Source: an uncultured Chloroflexia bacterium (GTDB lineage Bacteria > Chloroflexota > Limnocylindria > Limnocylindrales > CSP1-4). Taken from it: 64,000 nt of DNA. The position numbers were made by a program, and so were the translations under genes. Location: the NCBI GenBank assembly GCA_963713975.1, contig OY970218.1, positions 1,440,001 through 1,504,000 of the forward strand, given 5' to 3'. Shown one piece after another: positions 9,291 to 18,173 of the stretch. Position 1 is the stretch's first letter; each line of letters begins with the position of its first letter. The notes under the pieces were generated by a model. It was not told where the DNA came from. It did not search any database and worked only from the letters and a program-made list of their open reading frames with translations.

Positions 9291-10382
9291 ATGACCGCAT
9301 TCCTCCCTGCCCTGACCTCGTTGCTCGCGCTCCTGTTCGCCGTCATGCTGGTGGACCAGTGGCGCGAGCGGCGGCACGGGTTCCAGCTTGTCTGGGCGCT
9401 GGGCATGCTCTGGTACGGCATCGGCGCCGGCGCGGAGGCGGTGGCCGCCACGGCCGGCTGGAACGAGACCGTCTACCGAGTCTGGTACCTGACCGGCGCC
9501 GTGTGGACCGCCGCGTGGCTCGGTCTCGGGACCGCCTTCCTGCTGGGCCGGACCAGGTTCGGCTACACCTACGCCGCGCTGCTCCTGTTCTCGGGCCTGA
9601 TCGCGCTCATGATCCGGAACAGCCCGAGCTATGCAGGCGCGGGTCCACTCCCCCTCCTGTACCTCATCGGGGCGGTGATCCTCGCCCTGGCGATCGGGGT
9701 GGAGACCTACTTCGGGAACGAGCGCTGGCCCCAGTTCGCCGCGGTTGCGATCGTCGGGGTCACCATCGCTTCGCTGGTCCTCATGGCGGCAACGCCACCG
9801 CTTCCGGCACCCGGCTATGCGCTGAGCCCTGCCACGGGCCAGCCGGTGGGCGAGGCGATGCCGGGCTACATGCGGCTCCTGACCCCCGTGATGAACATCA
9901 CCGGGGCCGGCTCGCTGATCCTCGGTGCAGTCTTCTCCGCCTACATGTTCATGCCCAAGCGGCGCGTTCTGCCCTACTCGCTCGACCCCAACCAGCCTGG
10001 TGACGAGTTCCTGTTCAACCTGTGCATCGCGGTCGTGGCCATCCCGGTCAACCTCGTTGCGTCGCTGCCCGGTGCGGCCCGTGACCTGATGGCTGGGCGT
10101 CTCCACTCGCGTGTGCCCGCCACGATCCTGATCGCCATCGGCGGCATGTTCCCCGCGATCGCCGACTCGCTCAACCGGGCCGGGTCCACGGAGCTGTCCT
10201 CCTGGGGCAAGTTCTTCGGCGTGGTGTTCCTGTTCGCGGGCTTCCTCGTCTCGTCCGAGGTCTTCCGCGAGGTTCGCATCCCGTTCACGGACATCCGGCT
10301 GGCGACGCGACGGCGCGAGCGCTCCCGCCGCCGGGACGCGCGCCTGGCCGAGGCGGAGGTCCAGGGGGCGCCCAGGTCCTGA
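9291..10382 (+). CDS. Uncharacterised multi-pass membrane protein (paralog of 44140-45174)
   Basis: About 9-10 hydrophobic segments; 6 nt after regulator stop; shares many motifs with the second copy. Confidence 0.85.
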   Translation: MTAFLPALTSLLALLFAVMLVDQWRERRHGFQLVWALGMLWYGIGAGAEAVAATAGWNETVYRVWYLTGAVWTAAWLGLGTAFLLGRTRFGYTYAALLLFSGLIALMIRNSPSYAGAGPLPLLYLIGAVILALAIGVETYFGNERWPQFAAVAIVGVTIASLVLMAATPPLPAPGYALSPATGQPVGEAMPGYMRLLTPVMNITGAGSLILGAVFSAYMFMPKRRVLPYSLDPNQPGDEFLFNLCIAVVAIPVNLVASLPGAARDLMAGRLHSRVPATILIAIGGMFPAIADSLNRAGSTELSSWGKFFGVVFLFAGFLVSSEVFREVRIPFTDIRLATRRRERSRRRDARLAEAEVQGAPRS

Positions 10383-10460
10383 GGCGATTGCGCAGGGTCC
10401 CGTTGGGTCCACTCGGCCGTATTTGGACTGTGGTCGAACGAGGCGGCTATGCTCTTCGTG

Positions 10461-11264
10461 ATGGACGACGTTCTCCTGGGCACCGCCGTGGCGGCCACCC
10501 CCTCGCGGATCCGGGTGCCGTGGACGGCCGTAGGCCCTGCCGAGGCGCCGGGCATCGTATTCATCCACAGCACGCGCCTCACCAGGTCCCAGTGGTGGCC
10601 GCAGGCGCGGTGGCTCGCCGGGCGGTTCAGGTGCGTGGCCGTGGACCTGCCGGGTCACGGTGCACTGGCCGGGGAGCCGTTCACCATCGACGGGGCGGTC
10701 GACGTCGTCCGGGCCGCCATCGAGGCCGAGATCCCGTCCGGCCGGGCGATCCTCGTCGGTCTGTCGCTCGGCGGCTACGTGGCGATCGACACGGCAGAGG
10801 CACACCCGGACCTGGTCGCGGGGCTCGCCCTCGCGGGCTGCTCCGCGGAGGCATTCGGGCCGATGGCCTGGCCGTTCCGCATCCTCGCCGTCGTCCTCGA
10901 GCGAGCACCGAACCGCGCCCTGCAGATGGCGAACACGGCGTTCTTCCAGCTTCGCTACCGGCGCGGCGTGGCCGAGCCCATCGTGCGGGGCGGCTTCTGG
11001 GCCGCCGGCGGTGCGGCTGCGGCCCGGGCGCTGCTCGGCCGCCGCTACCTGGACCGCCTGGCGCGCCTGTGGACGCCCGTCCTCATCATCAACGGCGCGC
11101 TCGACCCGGTGTTCGGACCGCAGGGCGAGTACTGGGCGGCGTCGTGCCGCAACGGTCGGCACGTCGCGATCCCCCGGGCGATGCACCTGTCCAACCTGGA
11201 CCGGCCGAAGGTGTTCGCGGATCACGTCGCCGGCCTGGCCGCCCGGATCGCGCAGAGCGCCTGA
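10461..11264 (+). CDS. Alpha/beta hydrolase
   Basis: AVDLPGHG, GLSLGG nucleophile, NGALD, AMHLSN triad. Confidence 0.88.
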   Translation: MDDVLLGTAVAATPSRIRVPWTAVGPAEAPGIVFIHSTRLTRSQWWPQARWLAGRFRCVAVDLPGHGALAGEPFTIDGAVDVVRAAIEAEIPSGRAILVGLSLGGYVAIDTAEAHPDLVAGLALAGCSAEAFGPMAWPFRILAVVLERAPNRALQMANTAFFQLRYRRGVAEPIVRGGFWAAGGAAAARALLGRRYLDRLARLWTPVLIINGALDPVFGPQGEYWAASCRNGRHVAIPRAMHLSNLDRPKVFADHVAGLAARIAQSA

Positions 11265-11363
11265 CCGGGCGATCGGACTGGCCGCCGGGCGGCCGGCCCG
11301 CGGGGGCGTCGCAAGGGGGCCCGGTATACTGGTATCCGCCCCACCACCTGTTCGAGAGGTTCG

Positions 11364-12242
11364 ATGCGCGTCCGTAAGGCTGTCTTCCCCGCCGCCGGCT
11401 GGGGCACCCGCTTCCTGCCCGCCACCAAGGCGCAGCCGAAGGAGATGCTCCCCCTCGTCGACAAGCCCGTGATCCAGTACGCCGTCGAGGAGGCGGTCGC
11501 GGCCGGCGTCGAGCAGGTCATCATCGTGACCTCCAGCCAGAAGCGGGCGATCGAGGACCACTTCGACCTCAACTTCGAGCTGGAGCACCTCCTCGAGGAG
11601 AAGGGCGACATCGAGAAGCTGCGACAGGTGCGGCACATCAGCGACCTCGCGCAGATCGCCTACGTGCGCCAGAAGGAGCAGCTGGGCCTGGGCCACGCGG
11701 TGCTGATGGCGAAGGACCTGATCGGCCACGAGCCGTTCGCGGTGATCCTCCCGGACGATGTCCTGATCGCGGACCGCCCGGTGATCGGCCAGCTGATCCA
11801 CGCGTACCACCAGCACCACGGATCCGTGGTGGCAGTGGCCGAGGTTTCCGCGGAGGAGACGAGCCGCTACGGCGTCATCGCCGGGGACCGCGTCGAGACC
11901 GGTCACGACCAGGACCGGACATACCGCCTGACGGACATCGTGGAGAAGCCCGAGCCGGGCACGGCGCCGTCGAACCTGGCCGTGATCGGCCGCTACGTCC
12001 TGACCCCCAAGATCTTCGAGAAGCTCGAGCAGACGCAGCGCGGGGCCGGGGGCGAGATCCAGCTGACCGACGCCATCCAGGCACTGATGGAGGAGCAGGG
12101 CGTCTTCGGCTACGCGTTCGAGGGCCAGCGTTACGATGCCGGCACCACCATGGGCTGGCTCCGCGCGTCCGTCGAGCTCGCGCTGGCCAGGCCGGAGTTC
12201 GGGAGCGAGTTCCGCGACTACCTCCGCTCGCTCGAGATCTGA
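11364..12242 (+). CDS. galU: UTP--glucose-1-phosphate uridylyltransferase
   Basis: KAVFPAAGWGTRFLPATKAQPKEMLPLVDKP, RQKEQLGLGHAV, VEKP, GEIQLTDAI. Confidence 0.97.
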   Translation: MRVRKAVFPAAGWGTRFLPATKAQPKEMLPLVDKPVIQYAVEEAVAAGVEQVIIVTSSQKRAIEDHFDLNFELEHLLEEKGDIEKLRQVRHISDLAQIAYVRQKEQLGLGHAVLMAKDLIGHEPFAVILPDDVLIADRPVIGQLIHAYHQHHGSVVAVAEVSAEETSRYGVIAGDRVETGHDQDRTYRLTDIVEKPEPGTAPSNLAVIGRYVLTPKIFEKLEQTQRGAGGEIQLTDAIQALMEEQGVFGYAFEGQRYDAGTTMGWLRASVELALARPEFGSEFRDYLRSLEI

Positions 12243-12329
12243 CGGGCCGGACGACCCGGAGAGCTCGTGCGGTAGGATTCGACCGGCCGCCGCATCCCAC
12301 GCGCGGCACAGAGGGGAGCTGGACAGACG

Positions 12330-14276
12330 GTGACCGAGATCGGGAGCGTGCTTGGCGGCCGCTATCGCCTGGTGGAGCTGCTCGGACAGGGCGGTATGGC
12401 GACGATCTACCGTGCGCGCGATGCCCAGCTGGATCGCGACGTCGCGGTCAAGTTGCTGCGCCCGGAGTTCGGGCGCGACCCGGACTTCCTCGCCCGGTTC
12501 CGGGACGAGGCACGCTCTGCCGCTTCGCTGAGCCACCCCAACATCGTCGCGGTGTTCGATTTCGGGGAGGAGGAGTCCGACCCGTACATCGTGATGGAGC
12601 TGATCGACGGCCAGGACCTGGCGTCCATCCTCCAGGAGAACGGCCCCCTTCCGCCGCGTCAGGCCTCCCGCGTCTCGGCCGAGGTGGCGAAGGCTCTCCA
12701 CGCGGCGCACGTGCGCGGGATCGTCCACCGGGACGTCAAGCCGTCCAACATCCTCGTCGGCCGGGACGGCCGGGTGAAGGTCGCCGACTTCGGGATCGCC
12801 CGCGCCCTCGCGGAGTCGCAGGTGACGCTGCCCGGAGTCACGATGGGCTCCGTCCACTACTTCAGCCCCGAGCAGGCCCGTGGCGAGCCTGCGACCGTTG
12901 CCTCCGACATCTACGCGCTCGGGATCGTCCTGTACGAGTGCCTGACCGGCCAGCGCCCGTTCTCCGGTGACGGCGCCGCCGCGGTGGCCCTCGCCCGCCT
13001 GACCACCACGCCGCCTCCGCCCTCGGCGTTGCGCAGCGGCGTCCCCGGCGCGCTCGACCAGGTTGTCGGGCGGGCGATGGCGCTCGATCCGGCCGAACGG
13101 TACGCGTCGGCTGCCGCCATGGCCAGCGCCCTGGAGGGATGGCTGGCGGATCCTGCCGCGGCGGGCCCGGGTGTCGCCGCCGCCGGTGTCGTGGCCGCCG
13201 GCGCCGCCGGTGCCGGCGCCGCCGGTGCCGTGGCCGGTGCGGCCGCGGTCGGAGCCGCACGCACGGTCGCGAGCGCCCAGGCCCGTCCGAACCAGGTTCC
13301 CTATCCGCCCGACGCATACGCGCGCCAGGCGCCACCGGCCAGCCCTGTCACCACGAGCGGAACGCCGCCGCCGCCGCCGTCGCCCGACGGCGACGACGAT
13401 GATGACGGCGGCGCCGGGCCGTGGGCCTGGGTTGCCGGCCTCCTGGGGATCGGGATCCTGGTGATCGTCGGCTTCCTGATCTTCCGGATGCTCACGGGCG
13501 GCGGCGGCGATGCCACGCCCAGCCCGTCCGCGTCGGGGGCCGAGGTAGTCCTGCCCACCTTCGTCGACATGACGCTGACCGACGCCGAGACGGCGGCCAA
13601 CGAGCTCGGCGTCGTGATCGTGATCGCCGGGACGGAGGAACGGACGGACATCGAGCCCGAGATCATCCTCAGCCAGGACCCGGCGGTGGGCGAGACCGTC
13701 CTCGCCGGCAGTGAGGTCGCCGTCATCGTGTCCCGCGGCAAGGTGGCGGTCGCCGTCCCCGACATCCGCGACATGACGGAGAACGAGGCGCTCCAGGTCA
13801 TCGTGGGCGAGGGCCTGACTGTAGGCGCGAAGACCGAGGACTTCTCCGCGGCGGTGGCAGTCGGCCTCGTGGTCTCGCAGAGCCCGGCGGCCGGGATCAT
13901 CGTCGCGCCCGGGACGCCCGTGGACTACACATTGTCCAAGGGCCCCGAGCCCACACCCAGCCCAACGCCCAGCCCCACGCCAAGCCCCACACCGCCGCCG
14001 ACCCCCACGCCCACGCCCCCGCCCACCCCGACGCCAACCCCGGCGCCGATCAACGTGGGTGACTACGGCTGCGTCACCGTGGACGAGGCAACCACAGCCC
14101 TGACCGCGGACGGGTTCACGCTCGGAACGGTGGTGTCCGACCCGCCCGGGATCGACCCGGTTCCCGGGGACTGGACCGTCATCGCCCAGGCTCCGACGCC
14201 GGGCAAGAAGCGCCAGGCCGGGACGCCGATCGACCTGACGGCGGCGGATCCCACGACGGTCACGACCTGCCCCTGA
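12330..14276 (+). CDS. pknB: PASTA-domain Hanks-type Ser/Thr protein kinase (PknB/Stk1 family)
   Basis: LGQGGMATIY, VAVK, HRDVKPSN, DFGIA, YFSPEQ; TM helix; PASTA repeats (SQDP, SQSP, AQAP) and a Pro/Thr linker. Confidence 0.92.
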   Translation: MTEIGSVLGGRYRLVELLGQGGMATIYRARDAQLDRDVAVKLLRPEFGRDPDFLARFRDEARSAASLSHPNIVAVFDFGEEESDPYIVMELIDGQDLASILQENGPLPPRQASRVSAEVAKALHAAHVRGIVHRDVKPSNILVGRDGRVKVADFGIARALAESQVTLPGVTMGSVHYFSPEQARGEPATVASDIYALGIVLYECLTGQRPFSGDGAAAVALARLTTTPPPPSALRSGVPGALDQVVGRAMALDPAERYASAAAMASALEGWLADPAAAGPGVAAAGVVAAGAAGAGAAGAVAGAAAVGAARTVASAQARPNQVPYPPDAYARQAPPASPVTTSGTPPPPPSPDGDDDDDGGAGPWAWVAGLLGIGILVIVGFLIFRMLTGGGGDATPSPSASGAEVVLPTFVDMTLTDAETAANELGVVIVIAGTEERTDIEPEIILSQDPAVGETVLAGSEVAVIVSRGKVAVAVPDIRDMTENEALQVIVGEGLTVGAKTEDFSAAVAVGLVVSQSPAAGIIVAPGTPVDYTLSKGPEPTPSPTPSPTPSPTPPPTPTPTPPPTPTPTPAPINVGDYGCVTVDEATTALTADGFTLGTVVSDPPGIDPVPGDWTVIAQAPTPGKKRQAGTPIDLTAADPTTVTTCP

Positions 14277-14281
14277 GGCAG

Positions 14282-14710
14282 CTAGGGTTCCGGGTCGCCC
14301 CAGAGCCACCAGGTCCCGGGTATCCGCGTCGGCGCGCCGGGATTCGCGGCGAGCGGCCCCGCGCTGTCGTGCGGGTACGTCAGGCCGTCGACTGGAACGA
14401 ACGTTCTGGCCTGGCGACCAGACAGGCCGTCCGGCCCGTGGCTTTCCCCGGTCCGCCGGCCGGCCGCCACATCCACGAGATGCCGGATCGTCGGATCGGG
14501 CGCCGACGGGGCAGCTGTCCAGCAGGCGCGCATCTCCGTCCCGTGCAGCGCCGTGCGGCGGGGATTGAGGCCGCACATGCCCAGCCCTCCTGCGACACCG
14601 CGCCGATAGTGGCGACAGGTGGCGCAGGACGTCGTCGACCGGTGGCAGACCCAGCAGCGGGACGATTCCGGCTGCGGGGTCGCGCAGTGCGGGCAACGCC
14701 AGACCTGCAT
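14282..14710 (-). CDS. Cys-rich putative Zn/Fe-binding small protein
   Basis: CPHC, CWVC, CATCRHY, C, CW in the first 64 aa; TACGAT -10 seven nt before ATG. Confidence 0.7.
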   Translation of the reverse strand: MQVWRCPHCATPQPESSRCWVCHRSTTSCATCRHYRRGVAGGLGMCGLNPRRTALHGTEMRACWTAAPSAPDPTIRHLVDVAAGRRTGESHGPDGLSGRQARTFVPVDGLTYPHDSAGPLAANPGAPTRIPGTWWLWGDPEP

Positions 14711-14784
14711 GCCGTGGATCGTAGCTGCGCAACAGCCGGCTGTCGAGGCGGAATCGCGCGGCGGGACGGTCCGGATGTGGCCGG

Positions 14785-15996
14785 CTACTTGACGATGGTG
14801 AGCACCTGGCGGTCCGTCACGGACCCCTGGCGGCCCGCCGTCACCAGGACCGTGGCCAGTCCGCTTCCGGTCGTCGCGCCCGATGGGATGCGGGTGGTGA
14901 ACGTCGCCGTGCCGTTGCCGGTCGTCCGGATCTCCCCCGAGACGATGGCCTCCAGGCCCGGCACGCTCACCGTGAACAGGGCCGTGGCGCCACCCAGCTT
15001 CCTGCCGTCAGGTCCCGTGACCGTGACGATCAGCTTGATCGTCGAGGGCAGCTTGGAGGCCTTGAACCGGTAGGCGGAACCGGTGAGTACCGCCGTCAGC
15101 CTGCCCGAGCCCTTGCGCAGGTTCAGCGTGGCGGTGTTCGAGTTGCCGGCCAGGTCGGTCGCGGTCACCGTGATCGCGTTGCTGCCGTCGGTGACCGCAA
15201 GGGTTGCGTCCCACAGCCCGTCCTCGCCTGCGACCGCGGTGGCGACGGCGCCGTTGGCGGCATTCTGGATCCGGATCTCTGCGTCCGCCTGCGACTTGCC
15301 CTTGATGCGCGTGCTCGACTTCGTGACCTGCGACTTGTCCTTGGGCGAGATGATGCTGACCTTGGGCTTGGACGTGTCCTGGATCCAGGTGGTCACGGCC
15401 GACAGCTCGCTCTCGCCGCCCGGACCCATGATCGAAGCCTGGAACTCGTTGCGACCGTTGGCGAGCAGCACGGCAGGGATCAGCTGGACGGACGTCTCGC
15501 CGACCGGCTGCTCTGCCACGAGCTCGGGATCCGCATCGGGCACGGTGACGTAGAGGCGCACGGCGTAGCCGTCCTGGCCGGCCACCGCAGCCGGCACGTT
15601 GACGGTGATGTCCACCTTCTCGCTGTTGGTGTAGGGCTGGTCCGGTGTCGCGACGGATGGTGCGTCGGACAGTGCCGGTGCCTCGGTCGGCGTGGGGCTT
15701 CCCGCGATGCTGCCGACCTGGGCCACGAGCCCGCCGAAGCCGCCCACGACCGACGAGACGAACGGTCCGACCTGGCCGCTGCCGAACCACAGGATGGCGC
15801 CGCTCAGGAAGACGACGGCAAGGGCCAGGGACGCCTTGACGACCATGGGAAGACCACGTCGCCGTTCGATGCGACGGTAGTGGCGCATCCGCGTGGGGGA
15901 AGGGGTCACGACCCTCGCCTTGGCGGGGACGGGACGGCCGCTGGAGGGTGGTCGGGGCCGGACCTGCGACGGTCGGTCCCCGCGGCGGGAATCCAT
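14785..15996 (-). CDS. Membrane-anchored protein with extracellular Ig-like domains
   Basis: Basic N-tail, TM helix, beta-rich repeats (DTSKPKVSIISP, GSNAITVTATDLAGN). Confidence 0.8.
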   Translation of the reverse strand: MDSRRGDRPSQVRPRPPSSGRPVPAKARVVTPSPTRMRHYRRIERRRGLPMVVKASLALAVVFLSGAILWFGSGQVGPFVSSVVGGFGGLVAQVGSIAGSPTPTEAPALSDAPSVATPDQPYTNSEKVDITVNVPAAVAGQDGYAVRLYVTVPDADPELVAEQPVGETSVQLIPAVLLANGRNEFQASIMGPGGESELSAVTTWIQDTSKPKVSIISPKDKSQVTKSSTRIKGKSQADAEIRIQNAANGAVATAVAGEDGLWDATLAVTDGSNAITVTATDLAGNSNTATLNLRKGSGRLTAVLTGSAYRFKASKLPSTIKLIVTVTGPDGRKLGGATALFTVSVPGLEAIVSGEIRTTGNGTATFTTRIPSGATTGSGLATVLVTAGRQGSVTDRQVLTIVK

Positions 15997-16226
15997 TGGT
16001 CCCGATTGTCGCATGGAGCCGCCCGACGTCCATCGCCGGGCGGGCCGGTGCGTGCCGCGGGCCACGGACGCCGGGCGGTTTCGCCGGTGATACGCTGCGC
16101 CTGCTTCGTGCCCCGTGTCCCCGGGGCCAGCCAGCTACGAGGGGAGCCGTGGAAGCGCGCGACCGGAGACCGGTTCGCCCGTCCCCGGGGGATCGGGATT
16201 CATGGAGCCATGGACCGATCTCCCGC

Positions 16227-16748
16227 GTGTCCCCGCGCCCTGGTGGCGCCGCGTCTTCGGCGGACACGGACACGGACACGGACACCGGCCGCGCCAATCC
16301 GTACCCGGGCCGCGCCAATCCGTACCCGCCCGCCCGGCGTCCGCTGCCCGCCGTTGCGATGCGCCCGACGGGGACTCCGGCCCCCCGGCCGCCCTCCGCC
16401 CCGGGCTATGCGCGGCCGATGCCCGCCGGCCGGCCCCCCGGCTCGCCATTCCCGCCGCGGCCCGTCGGTCCCGGCGGCGCCCGCACCTTTCCGCCGCCGT
16501 CGCGTGGGTTCGGCCTGCCCAGCCTGCGCCGGAACGTCTGTCCGCACTTCTACATGACCGGCTCGCGCGGGGCGATCCCCATCCAGGCACCGCATCTGCT
16601 CAAGGGCCTGCTGCGCCAGCCGCACACGATCTCCCGCTGCCAGCTGCGCGGAGGCGTCCACCTTGACGAGGGCTTCGTCAACGATGTCTGCCTGACGCCC
16701 CGCTTCAACCAGTGCGTGTTCTACGAGGACGAGCTGACCCGCGAGTGA
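16227..16748 (+). CDS. Pro-rich protein with C-terminal four-Cys domain, coupled to folC
   Basis: C-terminus CPHFY...CQL...CL...CVFY has coding-like codon use; stop overlaps folC GTG (GTGA); start uncertain. Confidence 0.6.
   Translation: MSPRPGGAASSADTDTDTDTGRANPYPGRANPYPPARRPLPAVAMRPTGTPAPRPPSAPGYARPMPAGRPPGSPFPPRPVGPGGARTFPPPSRGFGLPSLRRNVCPHFYMTGSRGAIPIQAPHLLKGLLRQPHTISRCQLRGGVHLDEGFVNDVCLTPRFNQCVFYEDELTRE
16261..16328. repeat. (CGGACA)x4 followed by 21-bp direct repeat x2
   Basis: cggaca x4 at 16261-16284; ggccgcgccaatccgtacccg at 16287 and 16308. Confidence 0.9.
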
Positions 16749-18169
16749 GCGTGTCGGAACCGCAGCCCGCATCGCCGGCAGCGTCCGGCGCCCGCTCCTA
16801 CGCGGATGCTCTCGCGCTGATCGAGGCCCGCGGCCGGTTCGGGGTCCGCCTTGGCCTCGGACGAGTGCGGGCCCTGCTGCACACCATGGGCAACCCCGAG
16901 CGGTCCGTGCGCGGGGCCCTGGTGGCCGGCACCAATGGCAAGGGGAGCGTGATCGCGCTCGCCTCGTCCGCCCTGCGTGCAGCCGGATACCGCGTCGGCG
17001 AGACCCCCAAGCCGCACCTGGTGACGTATCGGGAGCGCATCGTCGTGGACGGTCGGCCCATCGCGGCCGCCGACTTCGCGCGTCTCGTGGACGAGGCGGT
17101 CCGGGCTGCGGACCGGATCAGCCGCCGCCTGGGTCCGCCCACCGAGTTCGAGCTGCTGACTGCCATGATGTTCCGGCACTTCGCTCAGGTCGGCCTCGAC
17201 GTTGCCCTGGTCGAGGTCGGCCTCGGCGGCCGCCTGGACGCGACCAACGCCTGGGCTGGCGGCGTCGCGGTCCTCACGAACGTCGGCCTGGACCACACGG
17301 ACCGCCTTGGCCCCACGATCGGCGCGATCGCCCGCGAGAAGGCCGCGATCGTGAAGCGCGGTGACAGCGCGGTGACCGGCACGCACGGGGAGGCCCTTGA
17401 GATCCTGCGCCGGCGGTGCGCACGACTGGGGGTCCCCCTTGCGGTCGCGGAGCCTGCGCCCGTCCTGGGTTGGACGCGCGACGCCCTCACCGTGGAGTTG
17501 CCGGGCCTGGGGCCGACAGACCTGGGCCTGCGCGGCAGGCACCAGGCGGCCAACGCCGCGGTCGCGGATGGCCTCCTGGATGCCCTCGAGCTCGCCGGGA
17601 TCGCGGCTGTGCCCGCGGAGGCACGACGCCGCGGCTATGCGGCCGCGAGCTGGCCGGGCCGGCTCGAGCTCGTGACGGCTCCCGGACCCCTGGGTCCGCG
17701 CGACGTCGTCCTCGACGGTGCCCACAATCCGGACGGCGCCGCCGCGCTCGCGATCGCCCTGGACGACCTGCGTCCCTACCTGGCCGGCCGTGACGATCCC
17801 CTGACGCTCGTGTGGGCATCCATGACGGACAAGGACACCGATGCGGTGATCGCTTCCGTTGCCGGGTCGGACTGGCTCCGGGGCGCGACGGTCGTGTGCA
17901 CGGCCTTGGACCTGCCGCGGGCGCTCCCGGCGCAGGACCTGGCCGCCGCCTGGCGATCCCGTAGCCCCGGTATGGACGTGCGGACCGTGCCGGATGTCGA
18001 TGACGCGCTCGACCTCGCGCTGGGCGGGGAACCCGGGCCGGTGGTGGTCGCGGGCTCCCTCTACCTGGTCGGGGCGGCAAGGGCCCGCCTGGTCGACGAC
18101 CCGGCCCAGCGGGACCCGGTCGAGGCATCATTGGGGCAACCGCCGGCGCGGCGGCCACCGACGAGGTGA
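16745..18169 (+). CDS. folC: Folylpolyglutamate synthase / dihydrofolate synthase
   Basis: VAGTNGKGS, PHLVTYRERI, TEFELLTA, EVGLGGRLDATN, WPGRLE, LDGAHNP, GSLYLVG. Confidence 0.95.
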   Translation: MSVSEPQPASPAASGARSYADALALIEARGRFGVRLGLGRVRALLHTMGNPERSVRGALVAGTNGKGSVIALASSALRAAGYRVGETPKPHLVTYRERIVVDGRPIAAADFARLVDEAVRAADRISRRLGPPTEFELLTAMMFRHFAQVGLDVALVEVGLGGRLDATNAWAGGVAVLTNVGLDHTDRLGPTIGAIAREKAAIVKRGDSAVTGTHGEALEILRRRCARLGVPLAVAEPAPVLGWTRDALTVELPGLGPTDLGLRGRHQAANAAVADGLLDALELAGIAAVPAEARRRGYAAASWPGRLELVTAPGPLGPRDVVLDGAHNPDGAAALAIALDDLRPYLAGRDDPLTLVWASMTDKDTDAVIASVAGSDWLRGATVVCTALDLPRALPAQDLAAAWRSRSPGMDVRTVPDVDDALDLALGGEPGPVVVAGSLYLVGAARARLVDDPAQRDPVEASLGQPPARRPPTR

Positions 18170-18173
18170 GTGC

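Noticed and set aside
9204-14732. 1842-aa minus-strand ORF and other long antisense ORFs (e.g. 17487-19862, 31031-33364, 46708-48954)
   Set aside because: Shadow frames of real genes in high-GC DNA; Arg/Gly/Pro-rich with no recognisable motifs
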